Below, piece after piece: positions 13,909 through 27,276 of a stretch of 64,000 nucleotides of DNA. The stretch's first letter is position 1. Every line of letters starts with the position of its first letter. The position numbers were made by a program, and so were the translations under genes. The notes below the pieces were generated by a model. That model made no database searches and was not told where the DNA came from. It saw only the letters and a list, made by a program, of their open reading frames with translations. Source of the DNA: Eledone cirrhosa (Eukaryota); contig OZ024758.1 in the NCBI GenBank assembly GCA_964016885.1, positions 29,450,001 through 29,514,000 on the forward strand. The letters run 5' to 3'.

Positions 13909-14254
13909 AAAAATGTGTTCATACGCGCGATTGTCATTTTTTTCTGCGTATTTTTCAGTTATAATCTGTGTTCCATAGGATATCTAAATGTAACTGGTAT
14001 TTTAGGAAGAGATTTAGGTGAGTGAAGTCACATAACTTGACGGTATTTAGATTGGAAATGCATTTTTGTAAATGTTAACTGTCTAATCTATCACTCAAGC
14101 TACTGATGTACTAAACCTAACATTCAACGTAACGATTCTGAATTAGTCTATAAAATGTAGTTTCTTTATTTTTCATTATTTCTTTCTGTTCTTTCAATAC
14201 GATAATATGATGTATTGTTTCAACGTAAGACCTTCAGAAGAGGCATCTGAATAT

Positions 14255-14742
<488 letters not shown>

Positions 14743-14747
14743 TGCGT

Positions 14748-15312
14748 TTGGAATTCCTACATTTTCTAAAAAATTTCAAATTACGCAATGATAGTTTGAT
14801 AGATGGCTTATTTACAGTCTAGCTGCTCGGGATAGTTATCTTATCTAGAGGCCCCTTAGCGCAATTATTAGAGCATCCAGCCGGAAGTCGAGAGATAGAG
14901 AGTTCGACTCTCCGTACGGCTGCTAGTTACTTTTCCCCGTCGCGAGGTGAATTTTATCCGATTTTTTAAGCTATTATTTATAGCCTTCATCTGTAGTTAC
15001 AGTTATTTCTGCATTTGGGATTTCTACATTTTCTAAAAACTTGAGTGCTCTGAAAGTTTACTTTGAAATGTTTATATTGAAGTTGTTGTTTAGCTTCCTA
15101 TTTAGACTGAAGTTGTAACCAGGGGCTGTTTAGTTCCATGGTTAACAGCATAATTTCAGAGGTACAACATTTTATTCTTTATAGTGGCTGCTGTTGACTA
15201 CTATTCCCCGTCTCTATGGGTGTTTTACCCGATTTTCTCAGCTATCGTTTATAGCAATAGACTGTGTTTACAGTTATTTTCTGTGTTTAGGATTCTTACA
15301 TTTTCTAAAGAA
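14748..15312 (+). repeat. Two ~270-bp diverged tandem units, the first with a tRNA-like segment (14850-14921)
   Basis: TTTGGRATTYCTACATTTTCTAAA-like motif recurs at ~14748, ~15015 and ~15287; A-box-like TAGCGCAAT and T-arm GAGAGTTCGACTCTC. Confidence 0.55.
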
Positions 15313-15545
15313 TCTCTCTCTATCACTCATATGTATATATATATATATATATTTCGTTTCTGAATTTGTTTAGCAAGATTCTTTATCTGAAATCGTGTGT
15401 TGAAACCGATATTGTTATACATAAACACACACACAGACACCCGGATGTGGCGCATGCGCAGACTGAGCACACAACACACACACAGAAACAAAATGGCGTA
15501 GGACAGAATAAAGGAGAGGCACAGAAACAAAGAAGGGAATCCCCA

Positions 15546-15588
15546 GTCACTGAAGAGGTCACAGAGTGTGTGATGAAAGAGCTATGAC
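15546..15588 (+). ncRNA. Minimal hammerhead motif in a pLTR-like repeat (~15490-15745)
   Basis: GTCA-CTGAAGA-G-GTCACA(GAGTG)TGTGAT-GAAA-GAGC-TA-TGAC; stem I GTCA/TGAC; unit ends in (TA)n. Confidence 0.75.
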
Positions 15589-15753
15589 AATATATAAACA
15601 ACTATCTGGTTGTGGAACGAACCAACCAACCAGAAATTTATAAATTTATAAATTTATTATAAATTTATTATAATAAATTGAAGTGAAAGCAACTGGTGCG
15701 TGTGTTTCTTATTGGCAACATGACCCACCCAAAGTATAACAATATATATATAT

Positions 15754-16062
15754 GGGTAAGGACCCGTTCGGTCACGAATGTTCATGGGTTTTGTATCTAG
15801 AAAGTTCCCCTGTGAGGCATAAGTCCAGGCAAGGGGTTTTTGTGTAAGATCAGCAATCGTCCATGCAAGCTGCGCCACCGATGTTGTCCAAGGGAAAGGC
15901 AAAAGCCAATACAGTTTAGCACCAGTGACGTCACAACCAATTTTTTTCCAGCTGAGAGAATTAAAGCAATGTGAAATAAAGTGTCTTGCTCAAGGATACA
16001 AAACACCGTTTCGGAATCGAACTTACAGCCTCACGATTGTGAGCCTAACGTTCAAATCACTA
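15754..16062 (-). mobile_element. tRNA-derived SINE
   Basis: Minus strand AGTTCGATTCC B-box followed by TGTATCCTTGAGCAAGACACTTTATTTCAC. Confidence 0.7.
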
Positions 16063-16199
16063 ATACACACACACACACGCACACACACACACACACACAC
16101 GCACACACACACACGCACACGCACACACACACACACACGCACGCACGCACGCACGCACACACGCACACACACACACACACACACGCGCGCGTAGTTGGT

Positions 16200-17315
16200 G
16201 TTATCTAAGTATCAATGAAAAGATGTTTTACTGTGTTAGAAACCACGGCTCTCTTTGTTGTTGAGAAATTAAAAAAGCCCAGAACATAAATGCATGCACA
16301 CAACGGAACTGTCTGATTCAAAGCAGGCTGGCACTACAAGACAGCCATTGAAGATAATCATTCCACTTCCACTGATGGACAGACAGAATGGTCAGCTAAG
16401 TCTAGGAGTAAACAACTCACCAACAATTTAACTGTAATCCATACCTCTACTGTCCAAACCAAAGAACAGCGAAACTTGTGGATGCCTTACAAGTGATCTG
16501 GGTGATATGTTTCAGCAGGTCCTCATCCTTAATTTGAGTGACAGGCTATACAACACTAGTATAAGTAAAGAACCTACTAAATTAGAATTGGAGTCAGTAA
16601 ATGAAATAGCAGACAATTATTAGGCTGGACGTATGAAAACAACTCACGGAACCATTAATCTTTTGATATATGTCTCAGCTATCATATTGCTAGCGTATCG
16701 TAAAGAGCTGGAGCTATGCAATCGAGATTCAAGCAGAAAGCTTGAACCAGCAAAGGAACTTAAGTTAAAAAAATAAAATAAACGGCAAATAAAATGTAAA
16801 ACGCTTAATCTCTGTAAAAGACACTCCTAGAAAAGATCAGGTTGAGAGCTATTAGAGATCTGTATGGAAACAAACGAGGAGTCCAACAAACAAGCTGTTA
16901 GGCTAAAAAAAAAACTGGAGCGGGACTACTGCCAACATATCCAGCATTATGAAATAAACAGTGCAATATTGAAAACAGCTCTACAGAAATTTCAAACAGG
17001 AAATTCCCAGATCTAGACCTCATAACAGGTTACTTTCTGAACAATTTCACCTTCTATCGGCGAGATTTTACATGGCAGTATGGAGAAAGTATCAAGAACA
17101 CACAAGAATTACTCGACTACCCTCTTCATCCCACAAAATAGCTAAACCACTTTTCAAAATTACCGCCCAATAGCCTATCAGAGTATCATGTACACATTAT
17201 AGACTGGGTGCCTTAATCTGTTCTTGTAGGACCATTGTGCCACCATCAACTTTATAACACCTGAGCAAGGTGGAGGAAAAATGGAAGTGTAGGGATGTAG
17301 AGGTCAGCTACTCTA
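16200..17315 (+). pseudogene. Highly degraded R4/Dong-like LINE fragment
   Basis: 17020-17312 reads DLITGYFLNNFTFYRR..NYRPIAYQSIMY..GCLNLFL*DHC..ITPEQGGGKMEV*GCRGQLL, homologous to ORF 21971-23149; left boundary approximate. Confidence 0.7.
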
Positions 17316-17385
17316 CAAAGTATAACTGAAATTGGATTCGTCGAGTAAGAACGTAACCGCCTAATCCATGAGCTACAACCCTCTT

Positions 17386-17452
<67 letters not shown>

Positions 17453-18092
17453 ATATGAGTGTTTGTGAGCCTTCCGTTCCTTAAAGGAGCACCAATCAAC
17501 TATATCGTAGAGTCTCCCTTATGGAATCCTTTAATCACCGGAGATTATATATGAAATTGCTTCCCTACTTTCACTATTTGTCTTCAAGAATAGATTCAAT
17601 CCCCAGTTTTTCAATCCCAGTTTTTCCCCGAAAAATAAATCTTTTGGGAGTTATTTCCCTTGATATTTTCATGTTTGCCTATTAACGTATATACAATGTC
17701 TTGCGGCAGCACCACTAACAGTTCTTCTTCGGTTATATACATGTTGTCATCGGCAATAATTGCTGTTTAGGCGACGATTCGTGCACTTTCCACTCGACAA
17801 AAACGTTGTTTAAGGAACAGATCCGCTCAAATTCTACATTTTGTTTTCCAAACATTTCAATGAAACAATCCAATTAGAGTTATGTCCCTTTTTTTATACT
17901 ATAAAACTCTTACAGTTTAAATTCTGATTATTTTCTACCTTGTCAAATACATAAAAATATAATTAGTTTTTTCCCGTGCGCTGCTGTCAGCTGTTCTCCG
18001 TCCAGGGACGCTTATGCTCAATTGTTAGACTATTTTTATTGTAAAAATAATGTCGAAGTTTCTGACTCTTGGTTAATTTTCAATAATTACAC

Positions 18093-18125
<33 letters not shown>

Positions 18126-18143
18126 AACACACACACACACACA

Positions 18144-18203
<60 letters not shown>

Positions 18204-18286
18204 CACATCTATCTATATATTATGCATGTTTATTGGTTGGTTGGTTTAATCACACGAAAACAACACACACACACACACACACATAT

Positions 18287-18338
<52 letters not shown>

Positions 18339-18719
18339 GCCGTTATACAGAGAGAGATACAATTAAAGTGTTAGGTATTAAGAGAGAGAGAGAGAGAGAG
18401 ACGTTCCACAAAAGTCTAGAATCGGCTTAAACTATAGATTAAAGTATCAGTTGAATGTTTAACAATATTGTGTTAGCTTTTATGAAGTCGTTTTACACCA
18501 GTCTTTGATTTGACAGAATTGATACTATTTGAAATTAATCTACGGAGTATATTAATTTAGCTTTTTTAGGATAGTGTCATGTTATTATTGACCTAATTCA
18601 GATGACAGTGTCAACCTATTCTCTAAGGCTGTTATTTGCATTTATTTCTATTTTTTTTATATTGCTCTATATTGTTTTGTCTTTTTTTACGATATTTTCC
18701 AAGAAAATTAATTTCATCA

Positions 18720-19338
18720 AGACACCAAAACATCGAAGGAGCTACAATGTCTGCCAAACGGTTGAAATCTTCAAGCGAAAGAGAAACTCACGTACAATAT
18801 AGAAAAAGACTTGGGAATAAAGGGACAAGTCAACATTGTGACATTCAGCAGAACCTGAGACAGGAAACAGAAAGATTAAGGCAAGAAGAAAGACTATCGC
18901 AACAAACAGAGGTTCAATATGAAAATCACCAAGAGGCAGTGAGAGTTGCGATGCAAACTTGACGAGCACAAAGAACTCTTCTAAGCAGAACAAACTGGCT
19001 AAGAGCTGCGCTTTCATAGAAATGATCCTAAAGTCGCAATTGGTAGCATAGATATTACACTTGGGATGTGTTGCTTAGGAAGAAAGGTCAGACTTCCACT
19101 GATAGGGGACCCTCCAGCTTTTATCCATATACTGCTTACAGACTATACTAACGAAGTTAAACACTTCAGAAGCAATGTTATGCGGTATATTGCTGTGTTT
19201 CAGATGACGTCCTTTGGAGCTGGAAAAGATCATACTGACTATGGTTATTTCACAACATTCAAAATCCTAGGCCAGTGCTACCATTTAATCGGCAGTTTAC
19301 TCCCCCAGCCTAATAAGGAAGTTTTATGATTGTTTTGT

Positions 19339-19422
<84 letters not shown>

Positions 19423-19534
19423 TTACGGTCTCACTTCATACTGTAAACCAGACAACACATCCAATACAGTCGTTTTCTCTTTTATCCGTCTTCTCTTAAC
19501 TATTCTCTCGGGCGAAACCGGGTACCTCAGCTAG
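18720..19534 (+). mobile_element. Internally deleted Helitron: RepHel N-terminal fragment plus 3' terminus (5' end possibly ~17445)
   Basis: CCLGRKVRLP..KHFRSNVMRY..FQMTSFGA..TFKILGQCYHLIGSLLP (19066-19329); end CGGGCGAAACCGGGTACCTCAG-CTAG|T. Confidence 0.8.
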
Positions 19535-20614
19535 TATGTATGTAGGGTCACTCTTGAGTGCTACTGGTAACATGTAACCCAGTACAACCTGTCATATGGT
19601 CGGGTCGTCGGCGACTAAACCGGCAACCCGACCAAGTTTACTTGGGGAGGAGGGTGATTTTGGACACCCTGGTGGAAAAAAAAACCTGACAAAAGGCGGA
19701 AGAACTCATAAGAGTCAACGGCCATCCCAAAATATGTAAATATGTATATACACATGTACATATGTATATATGTATGTATATACGCTCTATAAAATTGAAG
19801 GTGAGAGATAGTACTGGGTTGACAGGGCATAGTCCTAGCACCTGAGATATCAGAAGTTCGCCTGAGATATCAGAAGTTCATATCTTTTTACCAGTATTGC
19901 ACCGTATTCGAGGACGCTCAGTGAAGAATCATTGTATGTATGTATGTATGTATGTATGTATGTATGTATGTATGTATGTATGTATGTATGTATGTATGTA
20001 TGTATGTATGCATGCATGCATGCATGCATGCATGCATGCATGTATGTATGTATGTATGTATGTCTGTCAAAGGGCAAAGGAGCTCTTAAGAGTCAATGGC
20101 CATCCAAAATCACCGGGAGAGATGACCCCTTAGCCTTTGTCAAGGCAGAATTCTAGGAGAAGGAAAACTCTGATATAACACCTGCAACCCTGATGGTATC
20201 CAATGATGTTGACTTGTTCTTCTTTTTGGTAAATATCATCTTGGTTAAGAGTGTGGGACTGGCTTTGTGCAGTGCCTTTGCTCACTATAAAAGCTTCACA
20301 GCACAGGCATTGCTTTATATCTGGAGATCTCTCTGCACTTGTCATCACATGGTACCATGGACCCAGCACTATGTGTCAATAATTGTCATAAGTGTAGTGT
20401 TTGTACCAGAGTTTTCAAGTGGCTGGCTGGACTAAAAAGCCACACTCGTTCAGCGCATCGCTAGGGATTCTCCTACATGGATATAAAGTAGTGGCCGTAC
20501 TCGAAAACGAGTTGGCAGCCACCATGCATGTATGTATGTATGTATGTATGTATGTATGTATGTATGTATGTATGTATGTATGTATGTATGTATGTATGTA
20601 TGTATGTGTGTATG

Positions 20615-23600
20615 TTCTTCTGGTTTTATAATTTCACAAAGTTTTACCAATAGAGAGAGAGTCGGTTTCTAACATAGACACAAGACTCTCTCATTGGAAT
20701 TTACACAACATCAACTAGGTAGATATGGATGTTATTGTATGTGTGGATGTGGATGTTTTGAGTTGTATGTGTGCATGTGTATATGCTTTGTATCTGTACA
20801 TGTGTATATGCAAAATTTAGATGCAAAATTTTTGGAATGTTTTACATATTTTTACTGTTCCATTAATGGATTGTACTTGTAGTTTCCTAACTAGTTGTGT
20901 TCTTTCTGTTCCTGTGAAGCCTAGCTTCTCAAGATTTGTATTGAGGCAGTTACTAACATATCCTACTGCCCCAATAATCACAGGCATAAATCTGAAGGTG
21001 TAATCAGGATGGAGTATCTGCAGATTTCTCATCAGTTCTGCATAAATATTCTCCTTTTCACTAATCTTTGATATTATATTGGCATCTGCTGGGCAGCTAA
21101 TTTCCACTACTGTACATGTTTTCTTCTCCCTGTCCCATATCATAATATCTGGTCTGTTATGCCTGCATTTTATTGGGGTTTTTACTGGAACATTCCACCA
21201 GTACTCTTTCATATTATGTACATGGATGTCTTCCACATTGTTGTAGCTTTTAATGTGTTTATTATAGCTTTTAATGCGTTTATTATGTGTTTATTATCTT
21301 TTTTACGAACTGCATTGTACAGTGTTTTGGCCACTACATCATGCCTCATAGGTAAATAGTACCGCGATGACATCTTTGGACAGCTGCTGATGACATGGGT
21401 GATATCTCCGATGTTAGATCTGCAGAGTCTGCACTTGTTATCACATCTAGGTGTTTTGCCTGCATCCCTATCTCTTTTGTGAATCAGGTATTTCGTGTTA
21501 ATCTCCTGTTCTTGGATTGCAAAAGCGTATCCTTCAAAGTGGGAGCCAATATAGCGGTTGTTGGTCCAAGATAGACTACTTTCCTTATCTATATTACTCT
21601 CACTCTGGAGCTTCCTGGCAACATATCCATGCATGATTTTTTGCTGATAGGCATGCAGTTTTTCATCCATGGATTCACTGCGATACTGCTGAGCGACATC
21701 CCTGGGTGTGAGTTTTTGATTATCACACAGGGAATATCTCTCAAGGAGTTCATTCCCAACTCTCATGATCTTATCTGTTTCATGCAGATAGACTTGCTCG
21801 AGAAGCGGGCTCCTACGCTTCGAGGTTTGTAGATGTTGTCGGAGAGATATGATGCGACATTCAAATGTTGTCTGGACTGATGTTAGGCCTCTGCCTCCCT
21901 GCTTACGTTTCAAGTAAAGGCAGTCTATGTCACTGTTGATGTGGAAGTTTCCGGTGTTGTTCAGTATTTTTCAAGTTCCAACATCAACTGCTCGGATTTC
22001 GTCTATCGTCCAATTGAGTATTCCAAACGTTGGTGTTAGGACAGGCATAGCAAACACATTGTGAGCCACTGTTTTGTTTTGCGCAGAGAGTTCCGATGAC
22101 CAAATCTTTCTTAATCGGGTGTAGTATTCCCTGGTTACGCGTTCTTTATTACAGATACCATTATAGGATATGTTCTCATCTATCCCCAGGTATCTGTAGC
22201 AGTCCTCATCAGATATCGGTGAAACAGTTAGACCATTGATGACAATGTTGCTAGATTGGGTTGTTGTTTTTCCCCGCTTTACAGTCATGTATGAGCATTT
22301 ATCTTGGCCAAACTCCATTCCTATATCCTTTGAGAACGTTGTAACCAGGTCAAGATTTTTTTTCATCCCATCCATGTTCTTGGCATAGAGTTTCAGATCG
22401 TCCACAAAGAAGTTATGGGTTAGGTTCGTATTTCTGTCCTCCTGTGAGCCAATGATGTATCCCTCACATTTCTTGAGCAGAAAGGACAAGGGGTTTAATG
22501 ACAAGATGAACAATATCACATAGAGACTGTCCCCCTGAAATATACCCCTGCAATATTTTATTTTATCAGTGAAAATAGAGTCCTCCCTCTCTGTCTTTAA
22601 CCTTAGGATAGTAGCCCAAGAAGAAGACAGCCTCTCTATGGCTCTGACAACAATGTCTGGGACTTTAGCAATTTGGAGGGCCTCTATCATCCAAGAGTGG
22701 GGAACAGAATCGAAAGCTTTCTTGTAGTCCAGCCAGACTGTAGTCATATTCCTCCTAAGTTGTCGCACCTCCGACATCGCAGTTTTGTTGATTAGGAGTT
22801 GTTCAGCACATCCCCAAACCCTTTTCTTTCCAGCTGCTTGTTCATCTGTGATGATGTTATTATTTTCACAGTGATCTTGGAGGAATAGGTTCAGGCAGGC
22901 TGTATACATCTTATACATCAAGTTCTGGCATGCAATGGGTCGGTAGTTTTTTTCCAAGTGGGTGTCTTTGTTCTTGGGGACCAGTAACGTTTGTGCTAAT
23001 GTCAACCATTCTGGTATAAGTGTATCTCCCTTAAGAACTTGTTGGTAGAGGTCAGTAAGATACCTCCGATAGAATATTAGTTTTTTGTACCAGTAGCCGA
23101 CAATCATGTCTCTTCCTGGTGTTTTCTTATCTTGGAGTTTTCCTATCACAGTCTCAAGGGTACCCTCACTTATTTCGTATGTTTTTGTTGTAGTTTAGGA
23201 GCAATAGTTCTTTCGGATTTCTCTTAGCCACACTGCATCTTGGTTGAAATTCTTCTTTTCACCCCATATTTTTCTCCAAAAGGAATCTATGTCTTTCTGG
23301 GATGGGGCCTCAGTGACACTTATTATTTTGCCCTTCATATCTCTATAGACTGATGTTTGGTTTCATCTGAATCTTTTATTAAGCATTTTTCTCTCATCTA
23401 CCTTCTTCAGGTATCGGCGTTTTTCGCTAACAGCTCTCAATTCTTGTTTGAGGGTGATCAGCTTATATTGGAGAGTTCTGGTTCTACTGTTACCAAACAT
23501 CGTCTCTATTTTATTTTTCACTCTTTGTTGGTGAGGAGTGAGGTTTTTTTGTGTTTGTTTGCATGTAAGGAGCATTATCACAAGTCCTATGTTTTTTCGT

Positions 23601-24751
23601 AGGTCAGCACTCTTTTTTTCTATTTTAGTTATATATGATGGTATTTTTGGTGGTGTTTTGTTCTTGTTAATATCTCTGCTATCACCCAGATAATGCTTCA
23701 CTGACATTGTTAAGGCATATAAACAGGCGTTGATTTGCCAAAATGTTGGGGTTTTTATCCGTCGTATATATTCATCCCCTATTTTGTCAATAACACGTAG
23801 TATTTCATTATTTGGTTTTTTATTCACCATTGTCATTTTAACATGTTCAGCCAGAGAGATATTTATACATGAGTTAATTTCTCTCTGGAAGATTTCGTTG
23901 AGGGAAATTTTCAATTGTTTATACTTTTGATTATCATTATCGATAGTATTTTCCACAACAGTCGAGGTAGACTCGGATGGTATACGTGGTGTCACATTTA
24001 TTCGATTATTATTATTATTATTTCTTCGATTATTATTATTATCGATAGTGTTTTCCCCAGCATTCCAGGTAGACTTAGATGGTACAGGTGGTGTCAAGTT
24101 TCTTACAGGCATAGTTGTTTCAAGGCGCTGTTCGACATGGCTGCTAGGAAGACTAGTAGCATGGCGATCTGTAGCACGTGTTGTTGATTCCATGTTTGTT
24201 GTGGGGCACTTACAATTAATAATATTTATCTTATTTTTACGTTCAACAAACGTCGCTTGTTGGCGTAATTGTTTCGCTGTGAAATAATTTAGCTCTGGGT
24301 GCATTTCGTCCCAGTGTAGCTTCATTCTATTCATATAACCAATGGAAGGATTGTTTTTTGCCATTTTATAACAATTAAATAAATCATTATTAAGTTTGTA
24401 GAAGTTGCCTCCGCAACTCCAAGAGAAATGCGATTTATAATTGCGGTTTCTTCTGTAGCTACAACTGAATAAAGTTTGATTACCTTCTTTGTTATTTGTC
24501 TTCGATACTTCCTTAATTTTTTTGATGATGTTGTGTTCAGCCATGCTGTTTGTAGCAAATCCTTGTAAAATGAATTATGTATTTAATCGGATATCTCTAC
24601 GAATTCGAATAAAAGGTGCCTTCAGAAGGGATAGTTAGAAGAATAACCAGTTATTCAACCTGGCTGTAGTTGTGGCATTACTGTCGGAGATAGTATTCAT
24701 CTTAAATTTAATAAATAGTCTCCCACGCCAAAACATGCGACTGATCGCGTT
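20615..24751 (-). mobile_element. Near full-length R4/Dong-like non-LTR retrotransposon (RT + CCHC + restriction-like endonuclease), frameshifted
   Basis: ORF pieces 23363-24544, 21971-23149 (NYRPIAC, WLDYKKAFDSVPH, GIFQGDSL, FFVDD, YRYLG), 21209-21913 (CRLC..HVISSC, RHD), 20817-21236 (RPDIMIWD..VEISCP); (TATG)n at both ends. Confidence 0.92.
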
Positions 24752-25684
24752 GTATGTATGTATGTATGTATGTATGTATGTATGTATGTATGTATGTATG
24801 TATGTATGTATGTATGTATGTATGTATGTATGTATGTATGTATGTATGTATGTCAGGTCACCAGTTGATGTTACTGGTAACATGTATCCCAGTACAACCT
24901 GTTTCATGGTCGGGTCGTTGGCGACTAAACTGGCAACCCCCACCAAGGTTTCCTTGGTGAGGAGGGTGACTTTGGACATCCTGCAGGACTAAAAACAAAA
25001 CCTGTCAAAGGGCAAAGGAGCTCTTAAGAGTCAATGGCCATCCAAAATCACCGGGAGAGATGACCCCTTAGCCTTTGTCAAGGCAGAATTCTAGGAGAAG
25101 GAAAACTCTGATATAACACCTGCAACCCTGATGGTATCCAATGATGTTGACTTGTTCTTCTTTTTGGTAAATATCATCTTGGTTAAGAGAGTGGGACTGG
25201 CTTTGTGCAGTGCCTTTACTCACTATAAAAGCTTCACAGCACAGGCATTGCTTTATATCTGGAGATCTCTCTGCACTTGTCGTCACATGGTACCATGAGC
25301 CCAGCACTATGTGTCAATAATTGTCACAAGTATAGTGTTTGTACCGCTGGCTGGACAAAAAGTCACACTCGTTCAGCGCATCGGTAGGGGTTCTCCTACA
25401 TGGATATAAAGTAGTGGCCGTACTCGAAAACGAGTTGGCAGCCACCATGTATGTATGTATGTTATCTCTTTCTCTTAATTTCGAGTATATTTTTTTTGAC
25501 CGGCCACCTTCCTAGTGGCAAGGTTGTAAAAGAAAAGAAATTGTCATCCCTTGAATCGCAAGAATGTTTTTCAAATTTTGAAGGTGCCAGCTATCGCAGC
25601 CATTTGTAGACTATGCATGTATGTATGTATGTATGTATGTATGTATGTATGTATGTATGTATGTATGTATGTATGTATGTATGT

Positions 25685-26248
25685 TCTTCTGGTTTTATAA
25701 TTTCACAAATTTTTACCAATAGAGAGAGAGTCGATTTCTAACATAGACACAAGATTCTCTCATTGGAATTTACACATCAACTAGGTAGATATGTATGTAT
25801 GTCTGCATGTGTAGATATGGATGTTATTGTATGTGTATGTTTTGAGTTGTATGTGTGCGTGTGTATATGCTTTGTATCTGTACATGTGTATATGCAATTA
25901 TTAGATGCAACATTTTTGGAATGTTTTACATATTTTTACTGTTCCATTAATGGATTGTACTTGTAATTTCCTAACTAGTTGTGTTCTTTCTGTTCTTGTG
26001 AAGCCCAGCTTCTCAAGATTTGTATTGAGGCAGTTACTAACATATCCTAGTGCCCCAATAATCACAGGCATAAATCTGAAGGTGTAATCAGGGTGGAGTA
26101 TCTGCAGATTTCTCCTCAGTTCTGCATAAATATTCTCCTTTTCGCTAATCTTTGATATTATATTGGCATCTGCTGGGCAGCTAATTTCCACTACTGTACA
26201 TGTTTTCTTCTCCCTGTCCCATATCATAATATCTGGTCTGTTATGCCT
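25685..26248 (-). mobile_element. 5'-truncated second R4/Dong-like copy (RLE domain + 3' UTR)
   Basis: Near-identical to 20615-21165; flanked by (TATG)-type repeats on both sides. Confidence 0.9.
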
Positions 26249-26790
26249 GTATGCATGTATGCATGTAGGTATGTATGGATGGATGGATGGATGGTCCCAT
26301 AACTCTTGATATGGTCGTAAAGGCGCCGTATTGACATACGGTGTCTTGGGCATTTTTAGGCTAGGTGGAGCCCACCCCTCTCCGGACCTGAATACAGCAG
26401 ATTTCACCCAGAGAAAGATGGAAAGTTAGAGAGAGAAAATGAGAAAGAGATATAGAGGAAGAATTGACCCCAGTACTAGACTGGTACTTTTTTTTATCGA
26501 CCTCGAAAGGATGAAAGGCAAAGTTGACCTCGGTGGGATTTGAACGAATACCATAAAGAATTCTATCCGACGTGAACGACTCTGCCAATTCTCCGAAGCA
26601 TCATTATCCATTGTATAATGGCGGAGGAATTGAAAAATGGTCGGTTTGCAATGTTGGACACAATTCCTCTTTAGGAAAAACGGAATCTAATAATCTATTT
26701 GTCTTCGTGTCGGGATCAATATATACACTAATTATAGGAAAGTTGTACCGGAACCAATAACACAAGATGTGCATAGGGAAATGTTAGAGC

Positions 26791-26946
26791 TACAAGATCG
26801 GGCTGAAAGGTTCATAGGCTGACTACGAAGGAGTGATGCTGTGAAGTCTTTCATGCATTAATTTCGTCTCTCATTAATAACTGCATTGAAATTCATCCCA
26901 CAAGAGTATCTTTGTAGGCCTATAAACTTTTCAGCCGACCCTCGAA
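26791..26946. mobile_element. Mariner-type MITE
   Basis: Imperfect ~30-bp TIRs TACAAGATCGGGCTGAAAGGTTCATAGGC / GCCTATAAACTTTTCAGCCGACCCTCGAA. Confidence 0.65.
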
Positions 26947-27018
26947 TGTGAGAATGAACGAACGAATGATTTAATTAATTAATTGAATAATTAAATTCTA
27001 TTTCCTCTGCCTTAAAAT

Positions 27019-27081
<63 letters not shown>

Positions 27082-27233
27082 TTATTGTTATGCTTTGGGA
27101 GGGTCATGTTGCCAATAAGAAACACACGCACCAGTTGCTTTCACTTCAATTTATTATAAATTAAATTTATAAATTTAAGAATTTATAAATTTCCGGTTGG
27201 TTGGTTCCACAACCAGACGATTGTTCATATATT

Positions 27234-27276
27234 GTCAAAGTTCTTTCGTCACACATTCTGTGACCTCTTCAGTGAC
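27234..27276 (-). ncRNA. Minimal hammerhead motif, second copy of the 15546 family (unit 27085-27330)
   Basis: GTCA-CTGAAGA-G-GTCACA(GAATG)TGTGAC-GAAA-GAAC-TT-TGAC. Confidence 0.75.

Noticed and set aside
14850-14921. Functional tRNA gene
   Set aside because: Acceptor and anticodon stems are mismatched, the D-loop GG is missing, and it lies inside a repeat.
24600-24751. 5' ribozyme of the Dong-like element
   Set aside because: Only a simple hairpin is visible; no HDV-like pseudoknot could be built by eye.
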